IMG/VR virus record: IMGVR_UViG_3300035665_002234
Origin: an uncultured virus (IMG/VR IMGVR_UViG_3300035665_002234)
Lineage: Duplodnaviria > Heunggongvirae > Uroviricota > Caudoviricetes
DNA: 64,000 nt
Strand: one strand, 5' to 3'
The translations under genes were made by a program, and so were the position numbers. The notes below the pieces were generated by a model. It saw nothing but the letters and a program-made list of their open reading frames with translations, searched no databases and had not been told where the DNA came from. Shown piece after piece: positions 10,468 through 23,503 of this stretch (its first letter is position 1; every line of letters begins with the position of its first letter).

Positions 10468-11547
10468 TTATGTAACATTAAAAAAGTAATATCCATATTT
10501 TATTAAGTCTCCCAAATTATCAACCTCACCAATTCTTTGTATTCTTTCATACGCCGAATTTTTACCTCGTTCAATGAATATATTGGATTGGACTTCAGCT
10601 TGAGCAATGACACCCAACAATAATTCATCTTTTACTAAAGGTTCTTGTACCATCCAATCTGCCGTTAAACCCGATGACTGAAGAAAGAAAATTGTAGTTC
10701 CATCAGCATAGTCAACATAGTCAACATTCTGTATTGTATATGCTGTATAAACTAAATTAATTTCAGTAATAATACCATAATCAACATTATTCTTTTGAAC
10801 AGGTACCAATAATTTAAATTTTGGTGTACCATAAAATGCCAAGTCATTAATTCTTGAGTCGGTATATCCACTAACAGTAAATGGTACTGAAACATATGCC
10901 GATGAAACTTGGTCTTCAACTAAATTAACACTGTCACCAGTAAAAATATAGTTGTACGATATTGGTGTTGCACTCCAAGAACCAACATTTGGTGTAAAGT
11001 ATGCAGTTCCACTTGGATTAAAATCAGGAACTTCAACATATGGTGTTTGAATATTTTTAGATACCGTTGTGTTTCCCCAAGGATTATTTTGTGATAATGT
11101 AATTGTATATTCACTTGGGTTTGTATTATACGTGTGAACAATAGAATTAGGTGCGTACGTATTAATTGGTTGTAATGGTGTTCCATCACCCCAATCTAAA
11201 AAATATGTTGATAACTGAAGGTAGGCATTAAACTCAACATCTGCGGTATTATAAACATACCAAGTAAATGGATTTCCTGTTGTGGATGAAAATATAAAAT
11301 TGTTTACAACATTTATTTGTGAAATTGCACCATCAAATACAGAGTAATAACCCAAATCAATTGTATTTTGTGTTAAAAGAATTGGAACTGTAAGACCTGT
11401 TAAACTTGATGTGTTGTTAACACCACTTGTTAAAGTTTGAGTCATAGATGAATACACCCCAAATGTCTCACCTGAGTAAGTAACATCATGAATGATTGTA
11501 TTCAAGACTTCGGGTGATACCCTGATATTCATTACTTGTGTATCCAT
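10468..11547 (-). CDS. Structural protein with PKD/Ig-like domain
   Basis: LDWGDGTP...HTY...YTITL PKD-type motif. Confidence 0.6.
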   Translation of the reverse strand: MDTQVMNIRVSPEVLNTIIHDVTYSGETFGVYSSMTQTLTSGVNNTSSLTGLTVPILLTQNTIDLGYYSVFDGAISQINVVNNFIFSSTTGNPFTWYVYNTADVEFNAYLQLSTYFLDWGDGTPLQPINTYAPNSIVHTYNTNPSEYTITLSQNNPWGNTTVSKNIQTPYVEVPDFNPSGTAYFTPNVGSWSATPISYNYIFTGDSVNLVEDQVSSAYVSVPFTVSGYTDSRINDLAFYGTPKFKLLVPVQKNNVDYGIITEINLVYTAYTIQNVDYVDYADGTTIFFLQSSGLTADWMVQEPLVKDELLLGVIAQAEVQSNIFIERGKNSAYERIQRIGEVDNLGDLIKYGYYFFNVT

Positions 11548-12329
11548 TATGGGTTTACGTATTCATACCATTTTATCGGATTTGAAACTGTTCCGGCTCG
11601 TACCCCTCTTGGGTAATCAAACACTTGATATGTTTGTGTTACATAATCTAAATCTACTTTGTAGTAAAAATATTCTTCAGATGGAAAATCATAATAATTT
11701 GGTAAAGAACTTTGAGGTGCTTTCATCATTTTTATAAACTGTCCTGTATTACCATCAAAGAACTTGGCCGTCATATAAAAAGTATTGATATTCAAGAATT
11801 GTCTTGATTTCAACCAATAAAGAAAAAACCCTTCTTTATCACCAATATAATCTAATTGATAACTTGGTCTTTTAATTGTAACCGCTGTTGTATTATTTAA
11901 AACTGTTGGTTGAAACTTTCCTTGTTGTACTGGTAATATTGTAGTAAAATAAGATTTTTGTGTTCTTGTAGTTGGACTATCATAAAAATCTATTTTCCAA
12001 AAAGATTTTGTAAATGATGGACTGTAATAATATACTTGGTCAGCAGTAAATTTTGCTAAGTAAGAATTTTCCCAAAAATTGTTAACCGCAAACACGGGAT
12101 TGTTTAAATAAAAATCATAGTTTAAAGAACTTTTTGTTCCATCATATAACTGATGGTCAAACCTATTAACTTCGTAATCATCCCCTTGATTTAATATTTT
12201 TTCAATAATGGTTGACTCGTATTGTTCAATGGCTTGTTGCTGACCATAGAAGTCCCACTCTTGTTGAAGAGGTATAACCAAATCTTTGGGTTGGTTATTA
12301 AACAACACTCTTATCTTATTCGCATCCAT
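11547..12329 (-). CDS. Hypothetical structural protein
   Basis: 260 aa ORF overlapping its neighbours in the baseplate operon. Confidence 0.55.
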   Translation of the reverse strand: MDANKIRVLFNNQPKDLVIPLQQEWDFYGQQQAIEQYESTIIEKILNQGDDYEVNRFDHQLYDGTKSSLNYDFYLNNPVFAVNNFWENSYLAKFTADQVYYYSPSFTKSFWKIDFYDSPTTRTQKSYFTTILPVQQGKFQPTVLNNTTAVTIKRPSYQLDYIGDKEGFFLYWLKSRQFLNINTFYMTAKFFDGNTGQFIKMMKAPQSSLPNYYDFPSEEYFYYKVDLDYVTQTYQVFDYPRGVRAGTVSNPIKWYEYVNP

Positions 12330-14007
12330 CTATTATCGGGTCTGGTACAATTTGGTACAAATCTGTTATGTCAAATGACGCACCTTCAGGATATAATCTG
12401 AAAGTAATATCTTGGAATGGGTAGTGGGCAGTATTCAAGTATGGATAATCAACACCTCTACCTAAATTGTCAATATACCCATATTCGTAAATATCTCTCC
12501 AAAACCATAATTTGTTGTTATTACTGAAGTAAGCCCAATATGGAATTCCTTCAGTTCCACTTTGTTCAGCAGTTTCAATATAATCTGAAAACACTTTCAA
12601 GGTAATTGGATAATGAACTTGGTAATAAAACCCACTTGGGTTTGTAGATGCGGTAGGTGCAATATCAAACGCTTTTTGGTAATAGGTCATTTTATTCATG
12701 TAGTTTGAAATAACCCTTTCTGATTGATTACTTTCATTCCACTCACACCAATCACCATACATTGTATCCCCACTATATCTTGGTAGATTAACCGTAAAAT
12801 TATAAGGAACACCATTTTGTGTTTTTGTGTATCCTGATGTTGTGTTATTTTCTAATGATGTTGGATTTGTTGTTGCCCACCACGGGTTTGTTGTCTTTGG
12901 CACCATATTAAATCCCCAACCTCTTCTTAATTGATTGAACCAACCAAAGTATCCAACGTTTTGAAATGTTGCAAACACTTGTGTTAAAGGTTTTTTATTA
13001 TTATCAACTTGATTTGTAACTTCCAAATCACGAGCCATGGTAATATTATATGTGTTTGAGCTTTGATAATTAACAACCCTTCCAACATTGTTTGGTGTTA
13101 ATGAAGAAAATTGATAAAATGAACCATCACTAAATGGATTCAATTCAAATCCGTTTCTTGTAATGATTGAATCATGTGGATTACTAATAATCTTATGTAA
13201 TCTAACATAATATTTTGATTTTGTTTCACCAGAATTATTAATGTCTATGATTCGTTTAAAGAATCCTTGATTACCACTATTAAATGTTGAACCCGTAAAT
13301 CCAACATTGTATATACTAAAAATATATTCATCTGAACCAATTGTATTATCACCCAAATAAGAAACTTGGAATGTGTTAACACCACTATAATTAAATGACA
13401 ATTCAACATATTCATTAACAGATAACCCGTGTGGAACAGGGCAAGTAAACTGAATTAACGGTGTTCCATTTTCAGTTCCTTGAGATATTTTAAATGGTAT
13501 TCCATCCCCTGATACCCATGGTGTTAATGACTGACCATTTGAAAAGTAATATTGCATTGGTACCGTATAGTCATTTTCATATGGATAGGATAAAACAACA
13601 TTCCAATTATATGTTGACGCACTTTTTGCAACAAAATTTAATTGGGTTGATTCCACATCTGTTCTAATAAATTCAAATTCTTGATATGTTGGTAATCCAC
13701 TCCATATCCCATTGATTACAGACAACTCGGGATTAATATAATATAAATTATCTCTATACGGTTTGTAATTACTATAACCTACCAAGTTATTTTCGTAGAT
13801 ATATGATAACTTAACTGTTGGTCTAAACAATACAGATTTTTGCCTTTCAGCATCAAACAATGTTGCTAAATTAACATTAACAGTTCTATCATAATCAATT
13901 ACTTGTGATTGTGTTTGATTTAATTCTGTTACAAAAGATAAATCTGCATCGGGTGCCGACTTATACCTCAAATCAGGTTTAACTACTATGTAATTACTTT
14001 CGCTCAT
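12316..14007 (-). CDS. Hypothetical structural protein
   Basis: 563 aa ORF coupled to neighbours; aromatic and beta-rich. Confidence 0.55.
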   Translation of the reverse strand: MSESNYIVVKPDLRYKSAPDADLSFVTELNQTQSQVIDYDRTVNVNLATLFDAERQKSVLFRPTVKLSYIYENNLVGYSNYKPYRDNLYYINPELSVINGIWSGLPTYQEFEFIRTDVESTQLNFVAKSASTYNWNVVLSYPYENDYTVPMQYYFSNGQSLTPWVSGDGIPFKISQGTENGTPLIQFTCPVPHGLSVNEYVELSFNYSGVNTFQVSYLGDNTIGSDEYIFSIYNVGFTGSTFNSGNQGFFKRIIDINNSGETKSKYYVRLHKIISNPHDSIITRNGFELNPFSDGSFYQFSSLTPNNVGRVVNYQSSNTYNITMARDLEVTNQVDNNKKPLTQVFATFQNVGYFGWFNQLRRGWGFNMVPKTTNPWWATTNPTSLENNTTSGYTKTQNGVPYNFTVNLPRYSGDTMYGDWCEWNESNQSERVISNYMNKMTYYQKAFDIAPTASTNPSGFYYQVHYPITLKVFSDYIETAEQSGTEGIPYWAYFSNNNKLWFWRDIYEYGYIDNLGRGVDYPYLNTAHYPFQDITFRLYPEGASFDITDLYQIVPDPIIDGCE

Positions 14008-17000
14008 TCTTCTGATTTAATATATAATTTTGTAAATTTATCCATGGCAGACGAACCTTTCTTTAAACCGAAATAAAAATACCATGGTGCACTTGTTATA
14101 GTTTCATTATTATTACCAAGTGCCGGTGATTGGGAATATTGTCCCAAACTATTTGTTTGGTAAATGTAACCTTTTCTGTTTTGAATTTGATTGTTTCCTC
14201 CAATGAACATTGGGTTTAACATTCTATCTAAATTTTGATATTTTTCTTTGTAAGCATTACCTTCTGTATACCAATTGTTTTCCTCGTTACCAAAAATGGA
14301 CGGTTGACCATCAATATATGCTGTATTTGACCATCTATAAAATGGAACTTCTTGTGATTTGGTTCCTAAATAATCGGCAATTAATGTATTTCCAGTAAAT
14401 GTTCTGTCTATTCTACGTGGTGATATTAAATCCCTTTCTTCAGTATACCCACTATAAAAAATACCAAATACCGAATTTTTTTGATTATCAACAGACACAT
14501 AAACAACATTGTCAGTTGTTGTTGCAGGGTCATCAAAATAATTATCCGCAGTATATGGTACAATACCATACTGTGAATTGATTTGTAACATCTGAGCATA
14601 ATCACCATCAACCCTTAATTGGGGTCTACTGAAAAATGCAGAAATTGATGTGTCTAAACCTGTTTTGGTTGATTTTAATAGGTTAGAGTTTGATATTCTT
14701 GATATTATAAATAATTGCAATAAATCAGACACATTGTTCCAAGATGTTGCATTGAACCTATCCATTTGATATCCAAAGTAATTTGGACTTTTGTTTACAT
14801 CTTTACTCCAAATAAATTTTGGACCCAAATCCATAATTGTAGTTGGGTATAATAAGTTTCTATCATTCACTGGTGAATTAAATAGTCCTGATGGTGGGTA
14901 TTGACCTATAAAATTTTGACCATCCCATGGACTTGAACGATAATAAAAATTATTAGATTGTGGTTCGTACACTATTGTATCGGCACAAAAATTATAAAAG
15001 GCTTTATTTAAAACAACTGTTCTAACAATTGGCTCATTCTTAGCATTAAATCTAACAGCATTTTGGAATGGGAACGCAAACAATGTTCCATTTATCCAAG
15101 AGTTTACAAACGTATGTGAAAAAGTTCCTTGACATACTGCAATCATTAATCTAAGTCTTCCAATCCATTCTATAATTAATGAATAATCATTGTTCCTACC
15201 AAAGAGGGTACCAATTGGTTTGTTTACTAATATGTAACAACCCTTAACAACAACTTTATCTCCCTTTTTAGTATTAGTATTACATTCATTGGTTGCGGGT
15301 AATGCAGTAAAATTTCTACCGTCACCTTGATAACAAGACAAATCAACCATACCATTACAGGTAAATGAATTGGCGATAGCATTAAATGTCGCACCTGTTA
15401 CTAAATCAGGATTTTCTGTTGGGTCACTAAAATCAAATGATGGTACAACAAGTTGGGTATTAGATGTACCATTATCATCGACAAAGGTATAAGGTAATGC
15501 GTTTGATGCTTGCCAAGCAAAATAGTTATTAGCACTGCCATCAAATATAGTACCTACTGGTAATCTATCTGACCTCATAACCATTTTATCTTTATAAACA
15601 ACCATCTTAGCAGGAGCATATCTTGCCCAAGATGGTGCAAAATAAAGCCACGGTCTTGTATCATTGTTGTCATTACCGTTATTGTCTTTTTTAATTTTCT
15701 TAGCCTTTTCTGCCCATATAAACGAACCACCTTCAATATATTCACCTTGTATATAACCCTCAGTACTACTATTTGCAACTAACTGTCCACTTCCACCATT
15801 GTACACCATATCACTTGTTAATAAACTATCAGGATTGTCGTTGTTAATTGGATAATCATCAACTTGGTTCATATCCAACGATGAATAATAGTTTTGAAGT
15901 GTAGTGGTATAAGCACTGTATTGAGTACCAGCGGTGTATTGGAAAGAGTTAAAATACAAATATCCATTTGAATTGGATTGTAAGTTATTTGTTAATTCTG
16001 CGTTTCTTACGGTCTTTAACCCTTGTTGAACGGGAACGTTCATGTAAAAGTCACCACTAATAACTTTTCTACCATAACTACTATAACCAAAAATTCTTGA
16101 TAAATCATATTTGATTGATTTACGTCCACTGTGTGGGTCAACACCCCTAACCATAAAGACTAAACTAATTTCACCACCAATCCATTGTCCAATATATGAA
16201 TCGTAAAAATCATGACCGTCTTTACCATCATTTCTAAAAAGTTCAATTTTTTGGTATAATTGACTTAATAAATTTCCTGGTAAGACCGAACCAGCAGGTG
16301 CTGGAACTGAACAAGAATTTATATTATCTATACTGAATTTTTTTGTTGAGCTTAAACTATTTTCACACGCACATATATCTTCGGTCGCACCATAAGTTGT
16401 ATTTGTGTCTTGGTCCACAACAATACCAATTGTTGCTGTTTGTGAAGTTCCATTGTAATCCGTATAATTAATTGTGATTGGATTTTTAGTTTGATTCGTT
16501 ACAGTATAATTAAGGTAGTTACAAGTTGTAGTTCCTTTAGCATATGCCGCGTTTTGAGATACAAAATCATTATAAGTAACACCAGTAATAACTTGGAAAT
16601 ATTCAATGTCCGTTGGGAACTTGTAAGATTTAGTTTCATTTGGTACTGTCGGGAAATTATATGTTACAGTACTATTTGATAAATTTGGTGATGTTGGATT
16701 GGCAAATGTCATCGTTACACTTTTACCAACGTTTGTTGTTCCTGTTATCCCTGTTTCAGGTGTTGAAGTCGCACCACTTGTATTTGGGTCAGTTGATTTG
16801 GTCAACTCTTGGAAAGATAATAGTTGCCCCGAAATAAAAGTATTTTGAACATCTGGGTCAACAAATACCGCCATGATATTATCAAAGTGATTTGTATTTG
16901 AATTGTACTTTGGTTCTACTTGTACTTTAATTCTGTTTGAACCAGCGTAGGGGTCAGTATCAAAATATTTTGATTTTAAATTATACTTGTTGATAATTTC

Positions 17001-19043
17001 CCATGGTGGTAATTTATCAATAAAATCAAAATCATTATTATCATTTTTTCTAATTGGGACTCTAACACTTTCAGTATTAAATCCTTTACCCGCAAAAACT
17101 TCTTGGTGTTCTGTTACATTAGATTGATTTGGATTCCAATTGTCATACACAAAAAAATCGGCATTTAATGATAATGAATTTTGTGCCGCGGCTTCTTGAA
17201 TTGCTGTTAACTCATCATTGTCTTGTGGTACAGGTTCTTGTTTACATTCACAAAACTGACATTCAGGATATGTTAAATTTGGTAATGTTATTTTACTAAA
17301 TGGATTTGTTAATTCTTTAAAAAGATTTTGAAAATTGTATGGTTTTGGGCAATTTATTTGATTATCAGCACCACGCAGTTTATTAATCGCTTTACAAATA
17401 ACTGAAACAATTGTCAAAATTGTTCCAAACACAACTTTTAATAATACACTTATAATTGGCCATATTAATGCTAACACATGGACAATAGGTAATAAAATCA
17501 TAATTGTTAATGATGCTGTATATAACAAATACGTCACTAAGGTTGGTATTATACTAAAATTTTGTCTTAACCCATCTGTGGCCGGAAATCTATTATTTTC
17601 ACTTTCACATTCAGTATTAGTAATTTCTTTAATACCAATAAACTTTTTTCTATTAGTACCTTTTTTATATTCATCAATTAATTGTGATACCGTATAGACT
17701 TTATTATATTGAAACTCATAGAATGTATCTTTACAATCAATAGCATCTTGTGCGTTAGTATATCCACTCCAATCTAAACCAAAATAATAAGAACCTATTA
17801 ACTCTTGATAACCCACATTACTGTCAGGTTTATAAATTGGGTCATTGTATGGGTCAGCAGTACCCCAACCATATTCTTTAATATTTGGTACTAAATAATA
17901 TGCTCGTCTAACTTCATCCTTTGCAAAGTTGGCTGGTTGTGAATATTTTATTTTAAATCTATATTTTCCTCTAGTTGGTATACCAATTTTTGGGTCAGGA
18001 CTTAAAACTTGTTCACCAAATTCATTAGTGGTTACATAATCCAAATTCATTGGAACTTCTAATAACCATGTTCCATCACTATCAATTGTTTTTGCCCCTT
18101 GTGGAAATTGAGCTTGTTCTAATATAGGTCTACCTTGGGTGTCTTGAAAAATGGTTTGTCTGACACCAATGATTTCTCCAGGTGCGGTTTCTAATGAACA
18201 AAGACTTCCTAAATCTTGTGGTGGTTTACAATTCTTTGGTAAAGCATAATCTTTACTATTTGTAATCAAAGAACCCATAAACATGGCTGTTGGAGATATA
18301 TTAATACCTGATTGACGTAAATCAAAATCAGTTCTTGTTATATCAATTTGACAAATTTCTGGTTGTCCCCAAAATGGTTGTACATTTACACTTTGGTTTA
18401 AAGTTACGATTTGTGGTAGTTCAAATAAGTTAGTTGAACTTTTAAAGTTCACACCGTCAAATTGGTCTGCGGTTGCTCTACCCATTCTGATTAAATCTTG
18501 TGGTGATAATGAGAATGGTCCGATGTCAGACAAATCCATATCCATAACAACAGTATACGTTCCGATTGGAACACCCATTATCATATAGTCACCACTACCA
18601 TTTGATTTAACAGTGAATTTATAATACTTGTCATAAACCTCAATCAACGCTGGGTTTGTTAAAATATCATTTTTACTTGGGAATGTTCCTGTTGGGATAT
18701 GACCTGTATGTTGTTGCTCATAAGGTAATAGATTATATCTATATCCATCAGCGTTTACATCATTAAGACTTCGGTAAGGATATAAATCATAAATTATTTC
18801 ATCATTTAAATCTTCATCTGTTATTGGAATAAAAACAGAAACTCTTACATTTGGAACACCGTATCCACCATTGGCAAGAACACGACCTACAATTACACCA
18901 TAGTCTGCACACATTCTTGTGTAGACATCTTCACTTCTGACTTTTAAAGAAAGTATCTCTAACTGGTCAAAATCTTGTTCTAATTCTATATTGACTTGTC
19001 TATCAACACCAACTTCTGTACGTATTCTATAAGTTTTGGACAT
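14004..19043 (-). CDS. Large virion protein with N-terminal carboxypeptidase-regulatory-like beta sandwich and an internal hydrophobic segment
   Basis: 1679 aa; GVIVGRV...GVPNVRVSV...SGDYMIMGVPIGTYTV motif; about 55 aa hydrophobic stretch near aa 498-553. Confidence 0.6.
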   Translation of the reverse strand: MSKTYRIRTEVGVDRQVNIELEQDFDQLEILSLKVRSEDVYTRMCADYGVIVGRVLANGGYGVPNVRVSVFIPITDEDLNDEIIYDLYPYRSLNDVNADGYRYNLLPYEQQHTGHIPTGTFPSKNDILTNPALIEVYDKYYKFTVKSNGSGDYMIMGVPIGTYTVVMDMDLSDIGPFSLSPQDLIRMGRATADQFDGVNFKSSTNLFELPQIVTLNQSVNVQPFWGQPEICQIDITRTDFDLRQSGINISPTAMFMGSLITNSKDYALPKNCKPPQDLGSLCSLETAPGEIIGVRQTIFQDTQGRPILEQAQFPQGAKTIDSDGTWLLEVPMNLDYVTTNEFGEQVLSPDPKIGIPTRGKYRFKIKYSQPANFAKDEVRRAYYLVPNIKEYGWGTADPYNDPIYKPDSNVGYQELIGSYYFGLDWSGYTNAQDAIDCKDTFYEFQYNKVYTVSQLIDEYKKGTNRKKFIGIKEITNTECESENNRFPATDGLRQNFSIIPTLVTYLLYTASLTIMILLPIVHVLALIWPIISVLLKVVFGTILTIVSVICKAINKLRGADNQINCPKPYNFQNLFKELTNPFSKITLPNLTYPECQFCECKQEPVPQDNDELTAIQEAAAQNSLSLNADFFVYDNWNPNQSNVTEHQEVFAGKGFNTESVRVPIRKNDNNDFDFIDKLPPWEIINKYNLKSKYFDTDPYAGSNRIKVQVEPKYNSNTNHFDNIMAVFVDPDVQNTFISGQLLSFQELTKSTDPNTSGATSTPETGITGTTNVGKSVTMTFANPTSPNLSNSTVTYNFPTVPNETKSYKFPTDIEYFQVITGVTYNDFVSQNAAYAKGTTTCNYLNYTVTNQTKNPITINYTDYNGTSQTATIGIVVDQDTNTTYGATEDICACENSLSSTKKFSIDNINSCSVPAPAGSVLPGNLLSQLYQKIELFRNDGKDGHDFYDSYIGQWIGGEISLVFMVRGVDPHSGRKSIKYDLSRIFGYSSYGRKVISGDFYMNVPVQQGLKTVRNAELTNNLQSNSNGYLYFNSFQYTAGTQYSAYTTTLQNYYSSLDMNQVDDYPINNDNPDSLLTSDMVYNGGSGQLVANSSTEGYIQGEYIEGGSFIWAEKAKKIKKDNNGNDNNDTRPWLYFAPSWARYAPAKMVVYKDKMVMRSDRLPVGTIFDGSANNYFAWQASNALPYTFVDDNGTSNTQLVVPSFDFSDPTENPDLVTGATFNAIANSFTCNGMVDLSCYQGDGRNFTALPATNECNTNTKKGDKVVVKGCYILVNKPIGTLFGRNNDYSLIIEWIGRLRLMIAVCQGTFSHTFVNSWINGTLFAFPFQNAVRFNAKNEPIVRTVVLNKAFYNFCADTIVYEPQSNNFYYRSSPWDGQNFIGQYPPSGLFNSPVNDRNLLYPTTIMDLGPKFIWSKDVNKSPNYFGYQMDRFNATSWNNVSDLLQLFIISRISNSNLLKSTKTGLDTSISAFFSRPQLRVDGDYAQMLQINSQYGIVPYTADNYFDDPATTTDNVVYVSVDNQKNSVFGIFYSGYTEERDLISPRRIDRTFTGNTLIADYLGTKSQEVPFYRWSNTAYIDGQPSIFGNEENNWYTEGNAYKEKYQNLDRMLNPMFIGGNNQIQNRKGYIYQTNSLGQYSQSPALGNNNETITSAPWYFYFGLKKGSSAMDKFTKLYIKSEE

Positions 19044-19117
19044 TCCTTTTACTTTCTATCATAAATAGTTTATACACTATTTTATAATAGTAGTTAAAGA
19101 ATGAATAAAATAAATTA

Positions 19118-20959
19118 TCAAGAGAAGTTTGTTGTCTGGTAATTTTTAACTCTTACCGTAATATCTTTAGTTGGGAAATGGACTTGGTAAATCTGATTTG
19201 GTTCTGCAAATATTGTGTTGTCCACTAAAGAAATTTTCTTTGTTGCCGCATCTGAATAAGGCATTGCTGTTTGTGCCGAACTATATTGACCACCAACTTT
19301 GTTAAATACTGAAATGTCAGTAACACTTAATACACCATTTTCTGCTTGTAATATTCTATTCAATTCAGATAATACAATATTTTCACCCAAACCTCTTACA
19401 GTAGGACTAAAGAATGTGGTGACTCTATCCACAATGTTTGAAATAACAACTCCTTGGTTTTGTGTAGCATCTAAAACAACTGAAATGTCTAACGCCAAAT
19501 CAATTACTTCTGCACTTCCAATAACAACATAATCATTAATCATTCTATAATTTGACAAATATTCCGCCAAATTTTTCTTCATAGTTTGTGAAACTTCAGA
19601 TGTTAAATTACCTGTAGCATCATATGATAATACATTGATATTAATTTTATTATTGTTTTCAGTAATAGATACTTTGGCAGGTGCTCCAAATTGACCCGGC
19701 ATATTTCTTATAATCGCTTCGTAGTCATGTATTGTAACCGCTCTGTTTTGTGCTGCAAAGTTAAACGTTACATAATTTCTAACTTCTTCAGTTGATGGAT
19801 ATCCTGCTCCACCAATCGCGGCCGTTACGTTATTACAAGCTAATGAATTAATTACAGAATTATTTATAATATCAGAAGGTCCATTAACAAAGAAATCAAC
19901 AGAACCAATTTGTGTAATAACATTAACACCTAAGTTTGTACCTTGTCCACCACCAATTCTATATTGTATAAACATTGTTGTATTTGCTTGTGGAGCATTA
20001 CCCAATGACATTGAATTGTTTTGGTATCTTTGAATCTTTAACGGTACATCAAGTGCTGTAAACTCTCTAAGTTGGTCTTCAGCAGTATTTGTTCCTCCAC
20101 CAAAAGTAAGTTTTATAAAACCTTCAGGTGTGTATTCTGTAATAAATCTATCTTGTGTTTGTATATATCTTCCAACTTTAATTGCTGGGTCATCTGATGG
20201 TTTTGTAGGGTCCTCAATAAAAACTCTATCTTCAGCAAGTGCCGATACTTCATACCATCTACCTTGCACACCTAAAAATTCTTGTGCCGTTGGTACGTTA
20301 GAATAAGATGTACCATCTCTTTGAATTATTGATGTGACTCCTAAAACATTTTTTTCAGGTAAGAAAAATTCAAAGAAAGGTCTAACATCATTTGGAGTTA
20401 TAACTCTTTTGAATACCTTTGTAATACCATTTACTACAGTTTCTCTTTTAGTGATTGTGTAGTTTATTAAGTTGTTGTTGGCATCAAAATTTGGTATCTT
20501 TAATCTATTTGGTATACCATCAGCATTAAATGGTGATGCGAAATCAATATCATATATTGTTTCAAATACTTGACCTGAACCTTGAACTTGACTTCCACGT
20601 CTTAATGTTCCCAAATATCTTTCATCTTCTTTATCACCAAATGCCGGAACTGTAATTGAAAAATCAACCAAAGCTACAGATGGTCTTTGACCAGGAATTT
20701 TTAATCCATACGTTCTTGCAATGTTATAGATTGATGAACGTTGTTGTGCATATTGAAGAACTGTTTCTTGAATACTTCTATCTATATGATAATGTAAATT
20801 GTCGGCTACGGCTGCGTTTAAATCCAAGAATACAGAAAAAACTGAAGCATCATTGAAGTTATCAATCAATTCTGGATAATAAGTTTTTGTGTAATTAATT
20901 AATTCCTGACGAATTGCTTGGAAATCCCTTACGGTATATGATATTCTTCTTTGAGCCAT
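19118..20959 (-). CDS. Baseplate wedge protein, T4 gp6/baseplate J-like
   Basis: RDFQAIRQELINY..., AQQRSSIYNIARTYG, FGGG, AQNRAVTIHDY motifs; adjacent to the gp25-like gene. Confidence 0.85.
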   Translation of the reverse strand: MAQRRISYTVRDFQAIRQELINYTKTYYPELIDNFNDASVFSVFLDLNAAVADNLHYHIDRSIQETVLQYAQQRSSIYNIARTYGLKIPGQRPSVALVDFSITVPAFGDKEDERYLGTLRRGSQVQGSGQVFETIYDIDFASPFNADGIPNRLKIPNFDANNNLINYTITKRETVVNGITKVFKRVITPNDVRPFFEFFLPEKNVLGVTSIIQRDGTSYSNVPTAQEFLGVQGRWYEVSALAEDRVFIEDPTKPSDDPAIKVGRYIQTQDRFITEYTPEGFIKLTFGGGTNTAEDQLREFTALDVPLKIQRYQNNSMSLGNAPQANTTMFIQYRIGGGQGTNLGVNVITQIGSVDFFVNGPSDIINNSVINSLACNNVTAAIGGAGYPSTEEVRNYVTFNFAAQNRAVTIHDYEAIIRNMPGQFGAPAKVSITENNNKININVLSYDATGNLTSEVSQTMKKNLAEYLSNYRMINDYVVIGSAEVIDLALDISVVLDATQNQGVVISNIVDRVTTFFSPTVRGLGENIVLSELNRILQAENGVLSVTDISVFNKVGGQYSSAQTAMPYSDAATKKISLVDNTIFAEPNQIYQVHFPTKDITVRVKNYQTTNFS

Positions 20960-20964
20960 TTATG

Positions 20965-23477
<2,513 letters not shown>

Positions 23478-23503
23478 TTTATTTAAAATACTATTTTTTT
23501 TTA

